DNA of 45,023 bases from Bacteroidales bacterium (lineage in GTDB: Bacteria > Bacteroidota > Bacteroidia > Bacteroidales > PWNQ01): assembly GCA_003557725.1 (NCBI GenBank), contig PWNQ01000205.1:1-45023 (forward strand), written 5' to 3'. The notes below the pieces were generated by a model. The model was not told where the DNA came from, ran no database searches, and saw only the letters and a program-made list of their open reading frames with translations. Shown piece after piece: positions 20,338-29,673 of this stretch; position 1 is the first letter of the stretch, and each line of letters opens with the position of its first letter. Made by a program: the position numbers and the translations under genes.

Positions 20338-22470
20338 TTAGAACTTTGGCTTTATATCCATATTATAAAACAGGAAAGAAAGCACATCCGTTGTTTCTTC
20401 AATCATCATTTCCGTAGATTTCCCGGCTCCGTGTCCTGCTTTAGTTTCTATACGTATGAGCACCGGGTTTTGTCCTTCATGCATTTCCTGCAGGGCGGCA
20501 ATAAATTTAAAGCTATGAGCCGGGACTACGCGGTCGTCATGGTCGGCGGTAGTAACCATTGTTGCGGGGTATTCCACTCCCTTTTCCAGGGTGTGCAGTG
20601 GGGAATATCCTAACAGATAGCGGAACATCTCCTCAGAATCGTCCACGGTCCCATAGTCACCGGCCCAGTGCCATCCAATGGTAAACTTATGATACCTTAG
20701 CATATCCATTACGCCAACGGCGGGCAGCGCTACACCGAACAGGTCGGGGCGCTGGATCATGCATGCACCCACCAGCAAACCCCCATTAGATCCGCCGGCA
20801 ATGGCAATACGCTCCGGACGGGTATAGTCCTGGTCGATAAGATACTCGGCCGCCGCAATAAAGTCATCAAACACGTTTTGCTTTTGCAATTTTGTGCCAG
20901 CCTGGTGCCACTCTTCGCCATATTCGCCACCACCACGCAGGTTGACCACTGCATAGATCCCTCCGTTCTCCAAAAAGGGAATCATAGTCATCCGGAACCG
21001 GGGAGTAAGGCTCACGTTAAACCCACCGTAACCGTAAAGGTATACTGGGTTATTACCATCCATCTCCAGGCCTTTCTTATAAGTGATAAACATGGGCACT
21101 TTGGTGCCGTCCTTGCTTTCATAAAATATCTGGCGGGTTTCATAGTCATCGCTGTTAAAGTCAATCTCAGAGCGTCGGAACAACTCCGAACGGTTATCTT
21201 CTACGTCATAGCGGTAAATGGCAGAAGGCATGTTATAGGAAGAGAAGGTATAAAACCCTTCATTATCCTCTTTATCTCCGGAGAAACCGCCCAAAGAACC
21301 AATTCCTGGCAGCTCAATCTCATGCAGCAAAGTGCCGTTCACCTCATATACATAAGCCCGGCTGGTAGCATCTTCCATATAAGAAGCGACGATCCTGCCG
21401 CCGGCCAGCGTGGCTCCGCGTAATACCGATTCTTTCTCCGGAAGGATATCCTGCCAGTGCTCCGGATCCGGATTGTGAGGGTCCATCAACACCAAACGAT
21501 AGCGGGGAGCCCCATAGTTGGTGCGCACAATAAAGTGTCCGTCTTTGTGGTCAACCACCCGGTATTGATGGTCAAACCCCGGAGCAATGCGGTGAAAGTT
21601 GCTGCCCTCCAGCTCCAGGTCCTTATAATACATGGCATTACCCTGGCTTGCGGCCGATTCATAGATGATGAGAAAGCGCTCATCATCGGTGATTCCCGCT
21701 GTATAATTGCGACGTGGCTCCTGAGGGTTCCAGTAAACCAGACGGTCATCCTTTTGAGAAGTGCCCAACTGATGATAATAAACCTTGTGGTATTCATTGG
21801 AAGCAGATAGCTCAGCACCCTCCTCAGGCGCATCATAACGACTGTAATAAAAACCATCGCCCTGCCAGGAAATGCCGGAAAACTTGATCCACTTCAAATG
21901 ATCATCCAGCATCTCACCCGTTTCAATATCCTTAACAAAAACCTCGTTCCAGTCCGACCCGCCACGGGAAATACCATAAGCCAAATACTTGCCGTTATCC
22001 GAAATCCCCATACTGGCCAAAGATACCGTGCCATCTTCACTAAACCCATTGGGATCAAGCAATACCTCACCGTCCTTTTCCGGGTCATGCGTCATATATA
22101 AAACGCTGTAGTCTTGAAGACCATCATTATGGAAGTAAAAATATAAATCATTCTTCTTAAATGGAGCCGAATAACGAGGGTAGTTCCATACATCGGTCAA
22201 ACGCTCCTTTACCTTATCACGGAAAGGAATGCTTTCCAAATACCCGAAAGTCACCTCATTTTGCGCTTCCACCCATGCCTTTACATCCCTGGCCGTGTCA
22301 TGCTCCAGCCAACGATAAGGGTCTTCAACAATAGTACCATACAAGGTGTCCCGAGCATCTACCTTCTTGGTATGAGGATACTCCAACACCATCTTTTTGT
22401 CTTTCCCGTCACCACAGGAAAACAGAGCCGCTAAAAATGCACTCATAATAATTAATGCGTTTCTTTTCAT
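20338..22470 (-). CDS. prolyl oligopeptidase (S9A), lipoprotein
   Basis: lipobox LFSC; DPYRWLE, GGSNGGLL (Ser), DHDDRV (Asp), AGHGAG (His). Confidence 0.96.
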   Translation of the reverse strand: MKRNALIIMSAFLAALFSCGDGKDKKMVLEYPHTKKVDARDTLYGTIVEDPYRWLEHDTARDVKAWVEAQNEVTFGYLESIPFRDKVKERLTDVWNYPRYSAPFKKNDLYFYFHNDGLQDYSVLYMTHDPEKDGEVLLDPNGFSEDGTVSLASMGISDNGKYLAYGISRGGSDWNEVFVKDIETGEMLDDHLKWIKFSGISWQGDGFYYSRYDAPEEGAELSASNEYHKVYYHQLGTSQKDDRLVYWNPQEPRRNYTAGITDDERFLIIYESAASQGNAMYYKDLELEGSNFHRIAPGFDHQYRVVDHKDGHFIVRTNYGAPRYRLVLMDPHNPDPEHWQDILPEKESVLRGATLAGGRIVASYMEDATSRAYVYEVNGTLLHEIELPGIGSLGGFSGDKEDNEGFYTFSSYNMPSAIYRYDVEDNRSELFRRSEIDFNSDDYETRQIFYESKDGTKVPMFITYKKGLEMDGNNPVYLYGYGGFNVSLTPRFRMTMIPFLENGGIYAVVNLRGGGEYGEEWHQAGTKLQKQNVFDDFIAAAEYLIDQDYTRPERIAIAGGSNGGLLVGACMIQRPDLFGVALPAVGVMDMLRYHKFTIGWHWAGDYGTVDDSEEMFRYLLGYSPLHTLEKGVEYPATMVTTADHDDRVVPAHSFKFIAALQEMHEGQNPVLIRIETKAGHGAGKSTEMMIEETTDVLSFLFYNMDIKPKF

Positions 22471-22547
22471 CGATTTGTGTATTAGTTATAACCTATATGT
22501 AATCAGACAAATATTTAAGTCCGAGAACACTTAAATTTTCTCAAGGG

Positions 22548-22555
22548 CAAAGATA
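22548..22555 (-). promoter_or_regulatory. -7 promoter box for prolyl oligopeptidase
   Basis: TATCTTTG on the minus strand. Confidence 0.55.
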
Positions 22556-22789
22556 ATATATATCCGGTCTCATAATCAATAAAAATTATCCATATACAAC
22601 ACCGCCTTTGCATAAACGAATAGCCGTTTATACGCCGGTTGCCAGATACCTCATGGATCAACTATAGCGATAAAACACATGCTAACCAACCCGCAGCCCG
22701 AAACTCCAAAAATAAGAATTAATCCTGATGGGAGAGGGGAAAGGAGGGAAAAATCGCCTAAGCTTCATCTGTTTAAAAGTTTATAAATA

Positions 22790-22833
22790 GAGCCCGGTCT
22801 AAAAACACACATTTTCCACATCCCTGAAAATCA
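22790..22833 (+). repeat. family A element, truncated copy A2 (left half only)
   Basis: gagcccggtctaaaaacacacattttccacatccctgaaaatca; lies next to repeat B1. Confidence 0.85.
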
Positions 22834-22846
22834 GCTATGCCCCATG

Positions 22847-22944
22847 CCCCCAAAGGGGAGTTAGAGGGGCGCGCGCGCGAGCTTTCCGGTAAGGAAATAA
22901 TCAATCACCTGTGTGTGGAAAAAATTTCGGCATGGGCGTTTCAT
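22847..22944 (-). repeat. composite repeat family B, copy B1 (inverted relative to B2 and B3)
   Basis: aggggagttagaggggcgcg..gagctttccggtaaggaaataatca..cctgtgtgt..ttcggcatgggcgtttcat aligns to the reverse complement of 30622-30718. Confidence 0.9.
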
Positions 22945-23263
22945 ATAATAATTACCACACCATACCCACCCCCATCACTAAAAATTCACATTTGTAATCA
23001 GTGCAAAAATGTAACATGTCCGTAAAATATATCCCATGAATAATCAACAAGCGTAAATTTGCCAAAAAACACATCATTTAGCAATTATAATACTCATATT
23101 CAGGTTTAATACAAACTAACCCCAAGTAACACTTTAATAAAAATCCAATAATTTCCAAACCCCAAATCATAAAAATATTATTCACCCTATACCCCTATAT
23201 AAAAGCATTATAAACACACCATATAAACCAAAGATTAAACATAACATCCCACCACCATACATA

Positions 23264-23322
23264 TTACAGATGTAAAAACCGTTTGTTTACATTTGCAACC
23301 ACAATTATTATTACATTTGTAA
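23264..23322. promoter_or_regulatory. three TTACA-N2-TG(T/C)AA palindromic operators overlapping the -7 box of the XRE gene
   Basis: TTACAGATGTAA at 23264, TTACATTTGCAA at 23287 (contains TACATTTG), TTACATTTGTAA at 23311. Confidence 0.7.
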
Positions 23323-23336
23323 AAAATTTCATCATC

Positions 23337-23939
23337 ATGATTGACCGCATTAAACTATTATTAGAGACCCAGGGGATGACCGCCACGGAATTTGCCGACC
23401 GGTTAGGCATCCAGCGGTCGGGTTTATCGCATATCATGTCTGGGCGTAACAAGGCCAGTCTTGACTTTGTGCGCAAGGTATTAACAGCCTTTCCGGAAGT
23501 ATCCCCCGACTGGTTAATACGCGGCAGCGGGAGCCTGTTGCGTAAAGACCATGCTTCTGCAGCCATTGGTGATGCCCCTGCCACCCGCAGCCATTCTTCC
23601 CCACCGGGTTCTTCCGGCCTGTCAGCAGGCCGTCAGCAGGAAATGTTTCCCTATAGTCATGTGGAACAACCTGAAGAACAAGCGCCTTATGAAAGGGCCT
23701 CCCAGGGGAAAGGCGACCCTGAAGCGCCCCGCCGGGAACAGCAAGAAGTGGGCAGAAGTCGAGAGGATTCTGGCGAAAATAACCGGCACTCCAGGGAAAA
23801 CTACGCCGCAGCCCAACGGGATTCATCTTCCCGTTTATCAGAGGCTTCTCCCAATGTTGAGCAGATGGTTTTGCTTTATTCCGATGGGTCTTTTGAAGTG
23901 TTTAAACCTAAAGGTGCTAAAAAAAATGTGCCGGACTGA
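23337..23939 (+). CDS. XRE/Cro-CI HTH transcriptional regulator with disordered linker and conserved C-terminal motif
   Basis: MIDRIK..FADRLGIQRSGLSHIMSGRNKASLDFV..PDWLIRGSG; C-terminal VEQMVLLYSDGSFEVF; ATG 23337 preferred over the TTG at 23283. Confidence 0.88.
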   Translation: MIDRIKLLLETQGMTATEFADRLGIQRSGLSHIMSGRNKASLDFVRKVLTAFPEVSPDWLIRGSGSLLRKDHASAAIGDAPATRSHSSPPGSSGLSAGRQQEMFPYSHVEQPEEQAPYERASQGKGDPEAPRREQQEVGRSREDSGENNRHSRENYAAAQRDSSSRLSEASPNVEQMVLLYSDGSFEVFKPKGAKKNVPD

Positions 23940-23971
23940 TCGGTTAATTGATTTTGGGTGATTCGTACTGT

Positions 23972-24406
23972 TTACAAATGTAACACCCCGCTTGTAGTGG
24001 GGTCTCCGGGGGTAAAGAGGAGGGCTGTTTCTCGTTGTGCGGCCGCATGGCTGTCGGCGCCATGGACGGCATTTTTCCGTAGTGTTTTTCCAAATGTTGC
24101 TCTCAGGGTGCCCTGGGATGCCTGGCTGGGATCGGTGGCTCCCATTAGCTTGCGGTATCGGTCTACGGCTTGATTTCCTTGTAACAGGGCTACGATCACC
24201 GGACCGCTGGTTATGTACTGCACTAATGGGGTGAAAAAGGGTTTTTTGCGGTGTTCTTTATAGAATGCCTGGGCCTGGGCGGGGGTAAGATGGATCATCT
24301 TCATGGCGATGATCTGAAAATCGGCCCGGAGGATTTGATCCAGGATGGCGGGATATTCTTTATCGGCTACTGCCGTGGGCTTGATTATGGTAAGGGTGTG
24401 CTCCAT
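23972..24406 (-). CDS. ndk: nucleoside diphosphate kinase
   Basis: TLTIIKP, FYKEH..KPFF, YITSGPV, MGATDP, GTLRA, NAVHGADS. Confidence 0.95.
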   Translation of the reverse strand: MEHTLTIIKPTAVADKEYPAILDQILRADFQIIAMKMIHLTPAQAQAFYKEHRKKPFFTPLVQYITSGPVIVALLQGNQAVDRYRKLMGATDPSQASQGTLRATFGKTLRKNAVHGADSHAAAQRETALLFTPGDPTTSGVLHL

Positions 24407-24468
24407 GGCTTTACGAAGGAAATATTGGGTTTAGCAGGATGAGTATGTCTGCTTAAACAATTTATTTT

Positions 24469-24476
24469 TACTTTTG
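24469..24476 (+). promoter_or_regulatory. -7 promoter box for the nrnA-FKBP operon
   Basis: TACTTTTG about 30 bp upstream of ATG 24506. Confidence 0.5.
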
Positions 24477-24505
24477 TTTGCTCTTAAATAAAAAGCTTAT
24501 TATAT

Positions 24506-25543
24506 ATGACGCCCCGGGAGATCGCACGTATTAACGAATTGTTGGACAAGTCACAAAAGGTGGTTTTAATATCGCATGCCAGTCCTGACGGCGATGCCAT
24601 CGGCTCTATTTTAGCCATGACTGCTTATTTACGGGGTCGTGGTTTGGACCCTCTGCCCATGCTTCCCGATGGGTTGCCTGCCTACTACAGCTGGATGCCT
24701 TACAGTTCTTTGGTGTGCGATGCGGACAGGGAGCCTGACCGGTGCCGCGAGGCGCTGGAGCAGGCAGAGCTGATCATCTGCTTCGACTTTAACGGGTTTA
24801 AACGCGTGGAAGGGCTTCAAGAACCCCTGGAAAAGGCTAAAGGGGTTAAAGTGCTTATTGACCACCACCCCAACCCCCAGAAGGGCTTTGACCATTTGAT
24901 GTCTCAGCCCAGTGCTTCCTCTGCGGCCGAACTGGTGTATTATTTTATCCATGCCCTGGCCGGAACAAATAAGGAGGTCATCGACCTGCCAATGGCTCAA
25001 GCCATATATGTGGGCATGATGACCGATACAGGATCATTCAATTATAACGCCAATAACCCTGAAATGTACAGTGTGATCCGCCACCTGGTTGAAATTGGCG
25101 TTGACCCGGAGCTGATGCATCAACGAATATACAATAACTTCTCTGTTAGACGAATGCGATTTCTCGGAAACGCCCTGCTCAATAAAATGGTGGTGCTGCC
25201 GGACCAGGCAGCGGCATATATCCCCCTTACATTAAGTGATCTACAACAGTTTAAACATCAAAAAGGCGATACGGAAGGACTGGTAAACTACCCACTGAGC
25301 ATTAAAGGCATTGTGTTCTCGGCTTTATTGACTGAAACCAGTGAGTATGTCAAGGCTTCCTTCCGTTCTATATCTCCCTTCGATGTGAACGTGTTTGCCA
25401 AAAATCACTTTAACGGGGGAGGACATATCCATGCCGCCGGAGGGAAAAGTTTTCAGCCTATGACAGAAACTATTCAGCTGTTTGAATCGTTAGTAAAAAG
25501 TAACTACTTAAAACAACTAAAGGATGCACAAAAAAGCATTTAA
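24506..25543 (+). CDS. nrnA: DHH/DHHA1 phosphoesterase (NrnA oligoribonuclease / pAp phosphatase)
   Basis: HASPDGDAIGS, IDHH, TDTGSF, GGGHIHAAG. Confidence 0.92.
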   Translation: MTPREIARINELLDKSQKVVLISHASPDGDAIGSILAMTAYLRGRGLDPLPMLPDGLPAYYSWMPYSSLVCDADREPDRCREALEQAELIICFDFNGFKRVEGLQEPLEKAKGVKVLIDHHPNPQKGFDHLMSQPSASSAAELVYYFIHALAGTNKEVIDLPMAQAIYVGMMTDTGSFNYNANNPEMYSVIRHLVEIGVDPELMHQRIYNNFSVRRMRFLGNALLNKMVVLPDQAAAYIPLTLSDLQQFKHQKGDTEGLVNYPLSIKGIVFSALLTETSEYVKASFRSISPFDVNVFAKNHFNGGGHIHAAGGKSFQPMTETIQLFESLVKSNYLKQLKDAQKSI

Positions 25544-26096
25544 TACGATTACAGGAATCTGTACTTTGTTCCTTTGGGCTTTGTTTCTGGGGGGATGCAA
25601 CAACGACCCCCCGGTAATTGACGTCACCCCGGAAGCCAGAAACCAGTCATCCCCACACCAAACGCGCAAAGAAGGAATGGTGGTGGTGAATAAGGAGATC
25701 GTTCGACTGGAAGAACAGTTTATAGACAATTACATCCGCCGCCATAACCTTAACGTGACCCAGGCGGGCAACGGCATCCAGTATGATATTTATAAACCCA
25801 ACCCGGAGGGTAAGCAGGTAAACGATGGGGACCGCGTTTCCATGGTCTATTCCTCCAAACTGCTCACCGGAACCATGGTTGAAAGTAAAGATACCATGAA
25901 AACCCGGTCGTTCAATGTAAATGCCTCCCAACACATCCAGGGGCTTCATTTTGCAGCCATGCAAATGAGGGAAGGGGAAAAGGCGGTGTTTATTATTCCC
26001 TCCAAAATGGCCTATGGTGTTACCGGAAAGCGAGGACTGGTGCCCCATAATGCCGCCCTGGTATATGATATCCAATTAACCGCAGTGAACAAATAA
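25524..26096 (+). CDS. FKBP-type PPIase lipoprotein (single domain, GldI-like position)
   Basis: lipobox LGGC; GDRVSMVY..GLH..MREGEKAVFIIPSKMAYG..VPHNAALVYDI. Confidence 0.85.
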   Translation: MHKKAFNTITGICTLFLWALFLGGCNNDPPVIDVTPEARNQSSPHQTRKEGMVVVNKEIVRLEEQFIDNYIRRHNLNVTQAGNGIQYDIYKPNPEGKQVNDGDRVSMVYSSKLLTGTMVESKDTMKTRSFNVNASQHIQGLHFAAMQMREGEKAVFIIPSKMAYGVTGKRGLVPHNAALVYDIQLTAVNK

Positions 26097-26131
26097 TCTT
26101 AACCCAATTAAATGACAAACGAATAATCACC

Positions 26132-27424
26132 ATGAAAGCCTACCAAATTGTTTTTCCTGCTTTTTTCCTGTTAATGGCATCTTTTTTTTCATGCCACCAG
26201 CCGCCGGAACCCTATCCGGGGTTCAAGTATGCCGAACCGGGAATCTATTATCAATTTCATCACCAGTCGGAAACCGGCATCCGCCCGGATACGGGAGACA
26301 TGTTGACCCTGAGCCTGCGGTGGTACTCGGAAGATACTACCATTTATTTTGATACCCATGACCTCCCCGGAGAGTTTTCCATTATTATGGAAGACCCCAG
26401 AACCTCCATGGACCTGTTTACCTGTTTGAAAATGATGCGTCTGGGTGACAGCGCCACCTTTATTTTACCCCCGGATTCCCTGCTGGGGTATGAGCTCCTG
26501 GAAGACACAGCTTCTATTATCTTGCTGGATGTGAAAATCCTTAATATTGTGCCCCGGGAAGAACACCAGGCCACATTGGAAAAAGAACGCCAGGAAAACA
26601 AAGACAGGGAACGCTCGGAAGTGGAAAAATTCCTGGAGGAGCATAACATCCGCTCCAAAACCACAAGTAGCGGGATACATATATTCAACCATGAGAAAAA
26701 GCCCGCTAACCCACCCGTTGAAGCGGGAAAGGTGGTCATGTTAACCTTTAAGGGCCGCTTGCTCAACGGAGACGTATTTCAGGAAACCTCCCCGGAATTT
26801 GCTTATGTAGTGGGAGAGTCACCCCATTATCCCATCGACTGGGATGAGGGCTTACTGGAAATGAGAAAAGGAGAAAAAGCCACCATGCTGCTGCCCTTCG
26901 ACCTGGCTTTGGGTAGTGAAGGGGCAGAAGGCCTTATCCCTCCCTATTCACCAATAATTATGGAAGTATGGATAAACGATGTGATCAGCAAGCAAGAGTA
27001 TCAGCAAATGCAGCTTTCACAGGGCAGGGATAGCCGGCAAAATGCAGAGAGGGAGATGAAAGAATACCTAAGAAAGCATGAGATCACCCAGGAGCCAACG
27101 GCCAGTGGGCTGGTTTATATCACCCAAAAAGCGGGCACCGGTCCCTATCCGCAGCCCGGAGAAACAGTACAGGTGCATTATACAGGCTATATGCTCAACG
27201 GAGAGGTGTTCGACAGCTCACACAACCGGGGAGTACCCCTGGAGGTGGTTATTGGTCAGGGAGGACTTATACAGGGATGGCTGGAAGCACTACCCATGAT
27301 GCGCCAGGGAGAAAAAGCCAAAGTGATCATCCCCTGGCAACTGGCCTATGGGAGGTCGGGAAAAGGAAATATACCCCCCTTCGCCAATCTGGTTTTTGAG
27401 ATGGAATTAATAAACATTATATAA
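26132..27424 (+). CDS. multi-domain FKBP-type PPIase lipoprotein (about 3 domains, the first degenerate)
   Basis: lipobox FFSC; MRLGDSATF, MRKGEKATML..IPPYSPI, VHYTGYMLNGEVFDSS..IPPFANLVFEMEL. Confidence 0.9.
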   Translation: MKAYQIVFPAFFLLMASFFSCHQPPEPYPGFKYAEPGIYYQFHHQSETGIRPDTGDMLTLSLRWYSEDTTIYFDTHDLPGEFSIIMEDPRTSMDLFTCLKMMRLGDSATFILPPDSLLGYELLEDTASIILLDVKILNIVPREEHQATLEKERQENKDRERSEVEKFLEEHNIRSKTTSSGIHIFNHEKKPANPPVEAGKVVMLTFKGRLLNGDVFQETSPEFAYVVGESPHYPIDWDEGLLEMRKGEKATMLLPFDLALGSEGAEGLIPPYSPIIMEVWINDVISKQEYQQMQLSQGRDSRQNAEREMKEYLRKHEITQEPTASGLVYITQKAGTGPYPQPGETVQVHYTGYMLNGEVFDSSHNRGVPLEVVIGQGGLIQGWLEALPMMRQGEKAKVIIPWQLAYGRSGKGNIPPFANLVFEMELINII

Positions 27425-27436
27425 ATCTTTATTCAT

Positions 27437-28606
27437 ATGATACGCAATCTGTTGTTCGTTGCAGTGACCCTTATTCTGCTTACCGTCACCGCCTGTTCCT
27501 CATTAAAAAACCCTAAAACAGGGAAGAGCTATAAAACCGATGAAGGGGTGGAGATCACCTTTTATGACCGTGGAGAAGGGCCCACAGCCCAAAACGGTGA
27601 TAAGCTGGAGATGCACTATGTGGGGCGCCTGGAAAATGACTCCATGTTCGGGTCCAGCTATAAACGAAACCAACCCCTGTCCTTTGAACTGGGCAATGAG
27701 GAAGTGATCCGTGGATGGGAGGTGGGCGCCCGGTACATGAAAGAAGGCGATAGCGTACTGATGGTTATTCCGCCGGAAATGGCCTACGGCGACACACGCA
27801 GAGGACAGATTCCCGCCAACTCTACCCTGTACTTTACCGTAAAACTGGAAAACCTGTGGGTAACCCCCAAGCCTTTTGATATTTCAAAAGCCGGAAAAAC
27901 AACCCTGGAGGACGGACTGGAAATATATACCGTGAAAAAAGGGAAAGGACCTGCCCTGCAAGACGGACATTTTGTTACCGTACACTATACCGGCTATCTG
28001 GAAAACGGTGAAGTATTTGACTCCTCCGTGGAGCGAGACGCCCCCATTGATATCCAACTGGGCAAGAATCAGGTGATCCAGGGATGGGAAAAAGCATTGA
28101 AAAACATGACTGTAGGCGAAAAAGCCCGCATAGTTATACCCCCCGAGCTGGCCTACGGACCCCAGGGAAGAGGACAGATACCCCCAAATGCAACCCTCAC
28201 CTTCGATGTGGAGATCGTGGATGCCAAAATGCCCCGAACAACAGAACCGTTCAACGTTGAAGGAAAAGACACCCTGTTTACACCATCCGGACTGGGGATT
28301 ATTAAACTGAACCAAACCGACCAGCCCAAAGCAGCACCCGGGAATGTGGTTACTGTACATTATACCGGATACCTGGAAGACGGAGAAGTGTTCGACTCCT
28401 CCATCGAAGCAGACCAGCCCATCTCATTCCCACTGGGACAAGGACAGGTGATCCCCGGGTGGGATGAAGGCTTGCAACATATGAGAATGGGCGAAAGAGC
28501 ACGACTGATAATCCCTTATCAACTGGGATATGGTGAAAACGGCGCCGGACCCATTCCCCCTAAAGCCAAACTTATCTTTGATGTGGAACTCATGGATATC
28601 AAATAA
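27437..28606 (+). CDS. triple-domain FKBP-type PPIase lipoprotein
   Basis: lipobox VTAC; three (M/V)HY(V/T)G.LE..F.SS..GW..IP..YG..IP..L.F.V repeats. Confidence 0.93.
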   Translation: MIRNLLFVAVTLILLTVTACSSLKNPKTGKSYKTDEGVEITFYDRGEGPTAQNGDKLEMHYVGRLENDSMFGSSYKRNQPLSFELGNEEVIRGWEVGARYMKEGDSVLMVIPPEMAYGDTRRGQIPANSTLYFTVKLENLWVTPKPFDISKAGKTTLEDGLEIYTVKKGKGPALQDGHFVTVHYTGYLENGEVFDSSVERDAPIDIQLGKNQVIQGWEKALKNMTVGEKARIVIPPELAYGPQGRGQIPPNATLTFDVEIVDAKMPRTTEPFNVEGKDTLFTPSGLGIIKLNQTDQPKAAPGNVVTVHYTGYLEDGEVFDSSIEADQPISFPLGQGQVIPGWDEGLQHMRMGERARLIIPYQLGYGENGAGPIPPKAKLIFDVELMDIK

Positions 28607-28633
28607 AATAACCCCAATGCCACCAACGAACCA

Positions 28634-28708
28634 ATGAGTCTGGTGTACGAATACATATTTCTTCACATCCGCTGAAAATCATTGGTTGCCTTTTTATACC
28701 AAACTCAC
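28634..28708 (+). repeat. family A element, diverged copy A3
   Basis: atgagtctggtgta...cacatccgctgaaaatca...tttttataccaaactcac; stem retained. Confidence 0.75.
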
Positions 28709-28744
28709 CAACTGAAGAACACCTTTCTAATATATACCTCGCTC

Positions 28745-28816
28745 TATACTGCCTTGATTGGACTTCACTGATGAACGCTTTATACTGCCTTGATTGGACT
28801 TCACTGCTGAACGCTT
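28745..28816. repeat. 36-bp tandem duplication (2 copies, 1 mismatch)
   Basis: tatactgccttgattggacttcactg(a/c)tgaacgctt x2. Confidence 0.92.
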
Positions 28817-28912
28817 TATGCTTCCGGGTGCACAAAAAGGTGCTTTCTGCCATTAGGTTTAGCTATCTCAGCGGTTTCCTGGTTACTTCTTGACATAATC
28901 TCTGTTATTGAT

Positions 28913-28920
28913 TACCTTTG
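28913..28920 (+). promoter_or_regulatory. -7 promoter box for the accessory secreted-protein cluster
   Basis: TACCTTTG with TTG about 20 bp upstream. Confidence 0.5.
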
Positions 28921-29026
28921 CCATATTTTCACATCATTTATCTCCCATGGTGTGAGTGATAATTTATACACCCTATATGCAAGATTATCAAATAAAACAG
29001 CAAGATTCTTTTAACCCTTAAATCCC

Positions 29027-29653
29027 ATGAAAACAAGTAACCGGTTTGCCCTTCTTTTTCTTCTGGTTTTTTCCCTTTCCGGCAGTCTCCGTGCCCAGTT
29101 TCCCGTACATTTTAAGGTAGATCAGTCTCCCAGGCTGGAAGCCCATGCGGGCGATGATATACATGTACAGCCGGGCACCACGGTAACCCTGGGTGGCAGC
29201 CCCTCAGCCACCGGTGGCAGTCCACCCTATACTTACCTGTGGACACCCCCGCACAACCTTGACGACACCAGTGTGGCTTACCCGTCACTGACCGTGGATA
29301 CCATTACACAATATACCTTACATGTTACCGACACCCAACACTGTACTGCTTACGACTCCCTTTGGGTGTCCATAGAAACCAGTATCCCTGCACACAACCG
29401 AAGCCAACAGCCCTTTTCCGTATATCCCAACCCACTGCATGGGGAGCAGTTGACCATCGAAGCCGCCAAAGGAACACCCGGATTTTCCGTAACCCTGCTA
29501 ACCGCCAAAGGAAAAGAAATAGCACAACATGCTTTTCCCGGGGAAGGCACCCACCGTATCCCTGTAAATAGAACCAAAAACCCTCCGGGAGGTATATATC
29601 TATTAAAGATCCACCAGGAAAAAACCTACGTATTTAAGATAATAGCACATTAA
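29027..29653 (+). CDS. T9SS type-A CTD protein with one PKD/Ig-like domain
   Basis: signal peptide; AHAGDD..GGSPPYTYLWTP..YTLHVTD..C; CTD VYPNP..GIYLLKI..FKII. Confidence 0.85.
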   Translation: MKTSNRFALLFLLVFSLSGSLRAQFPVHFKVDQSPRLEAHAGDDIHVQPGTTVTLGGSPSATGGSPPYTYLWTPPHNLDDTSVAYPSLTVDTITQYTLHVTDTQHCTAYDSLWVSIETSIPAHNRSQQPFSVYPNPLHGEQLTIEAAKGTPGFSVTLLTAKGKEIAQHAFPGEGTHRIPVNRTKNPPGGIYLLKIHQEKTYVFKIIAH

Positions 29654-29673
29654 TTAATAAAATCCATAGGGTT

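Noticed and set aside
22837-23025. Similar small ORFs at 22837, 30622, 34207 and 34238 (GRARELSGKEII, RPS.SPKGEDRA)
   Set aside because: The similarity comes from repeat B. They are read on both strands and copies differ by frameshifting indels, so they are not a protein family.
22950-23280. Replication origin or tRNA in the AT-rich, G-poor intergenic stretch
   Set aside because: No clustered DnaA boxes or tRNA cloverleaf recognised. The composition is reported under the skew finding instead.
28745-28816. 36-bp repeats as a CRISPR array
   Set aside because: Only two abutting copies with no spacer, and no cas genes in the window.
28599-28853. 84-aa ORF with repeated SEVQSRQY
   Set aside because: A product of the 36-bp duplication that also overlaps element A3.
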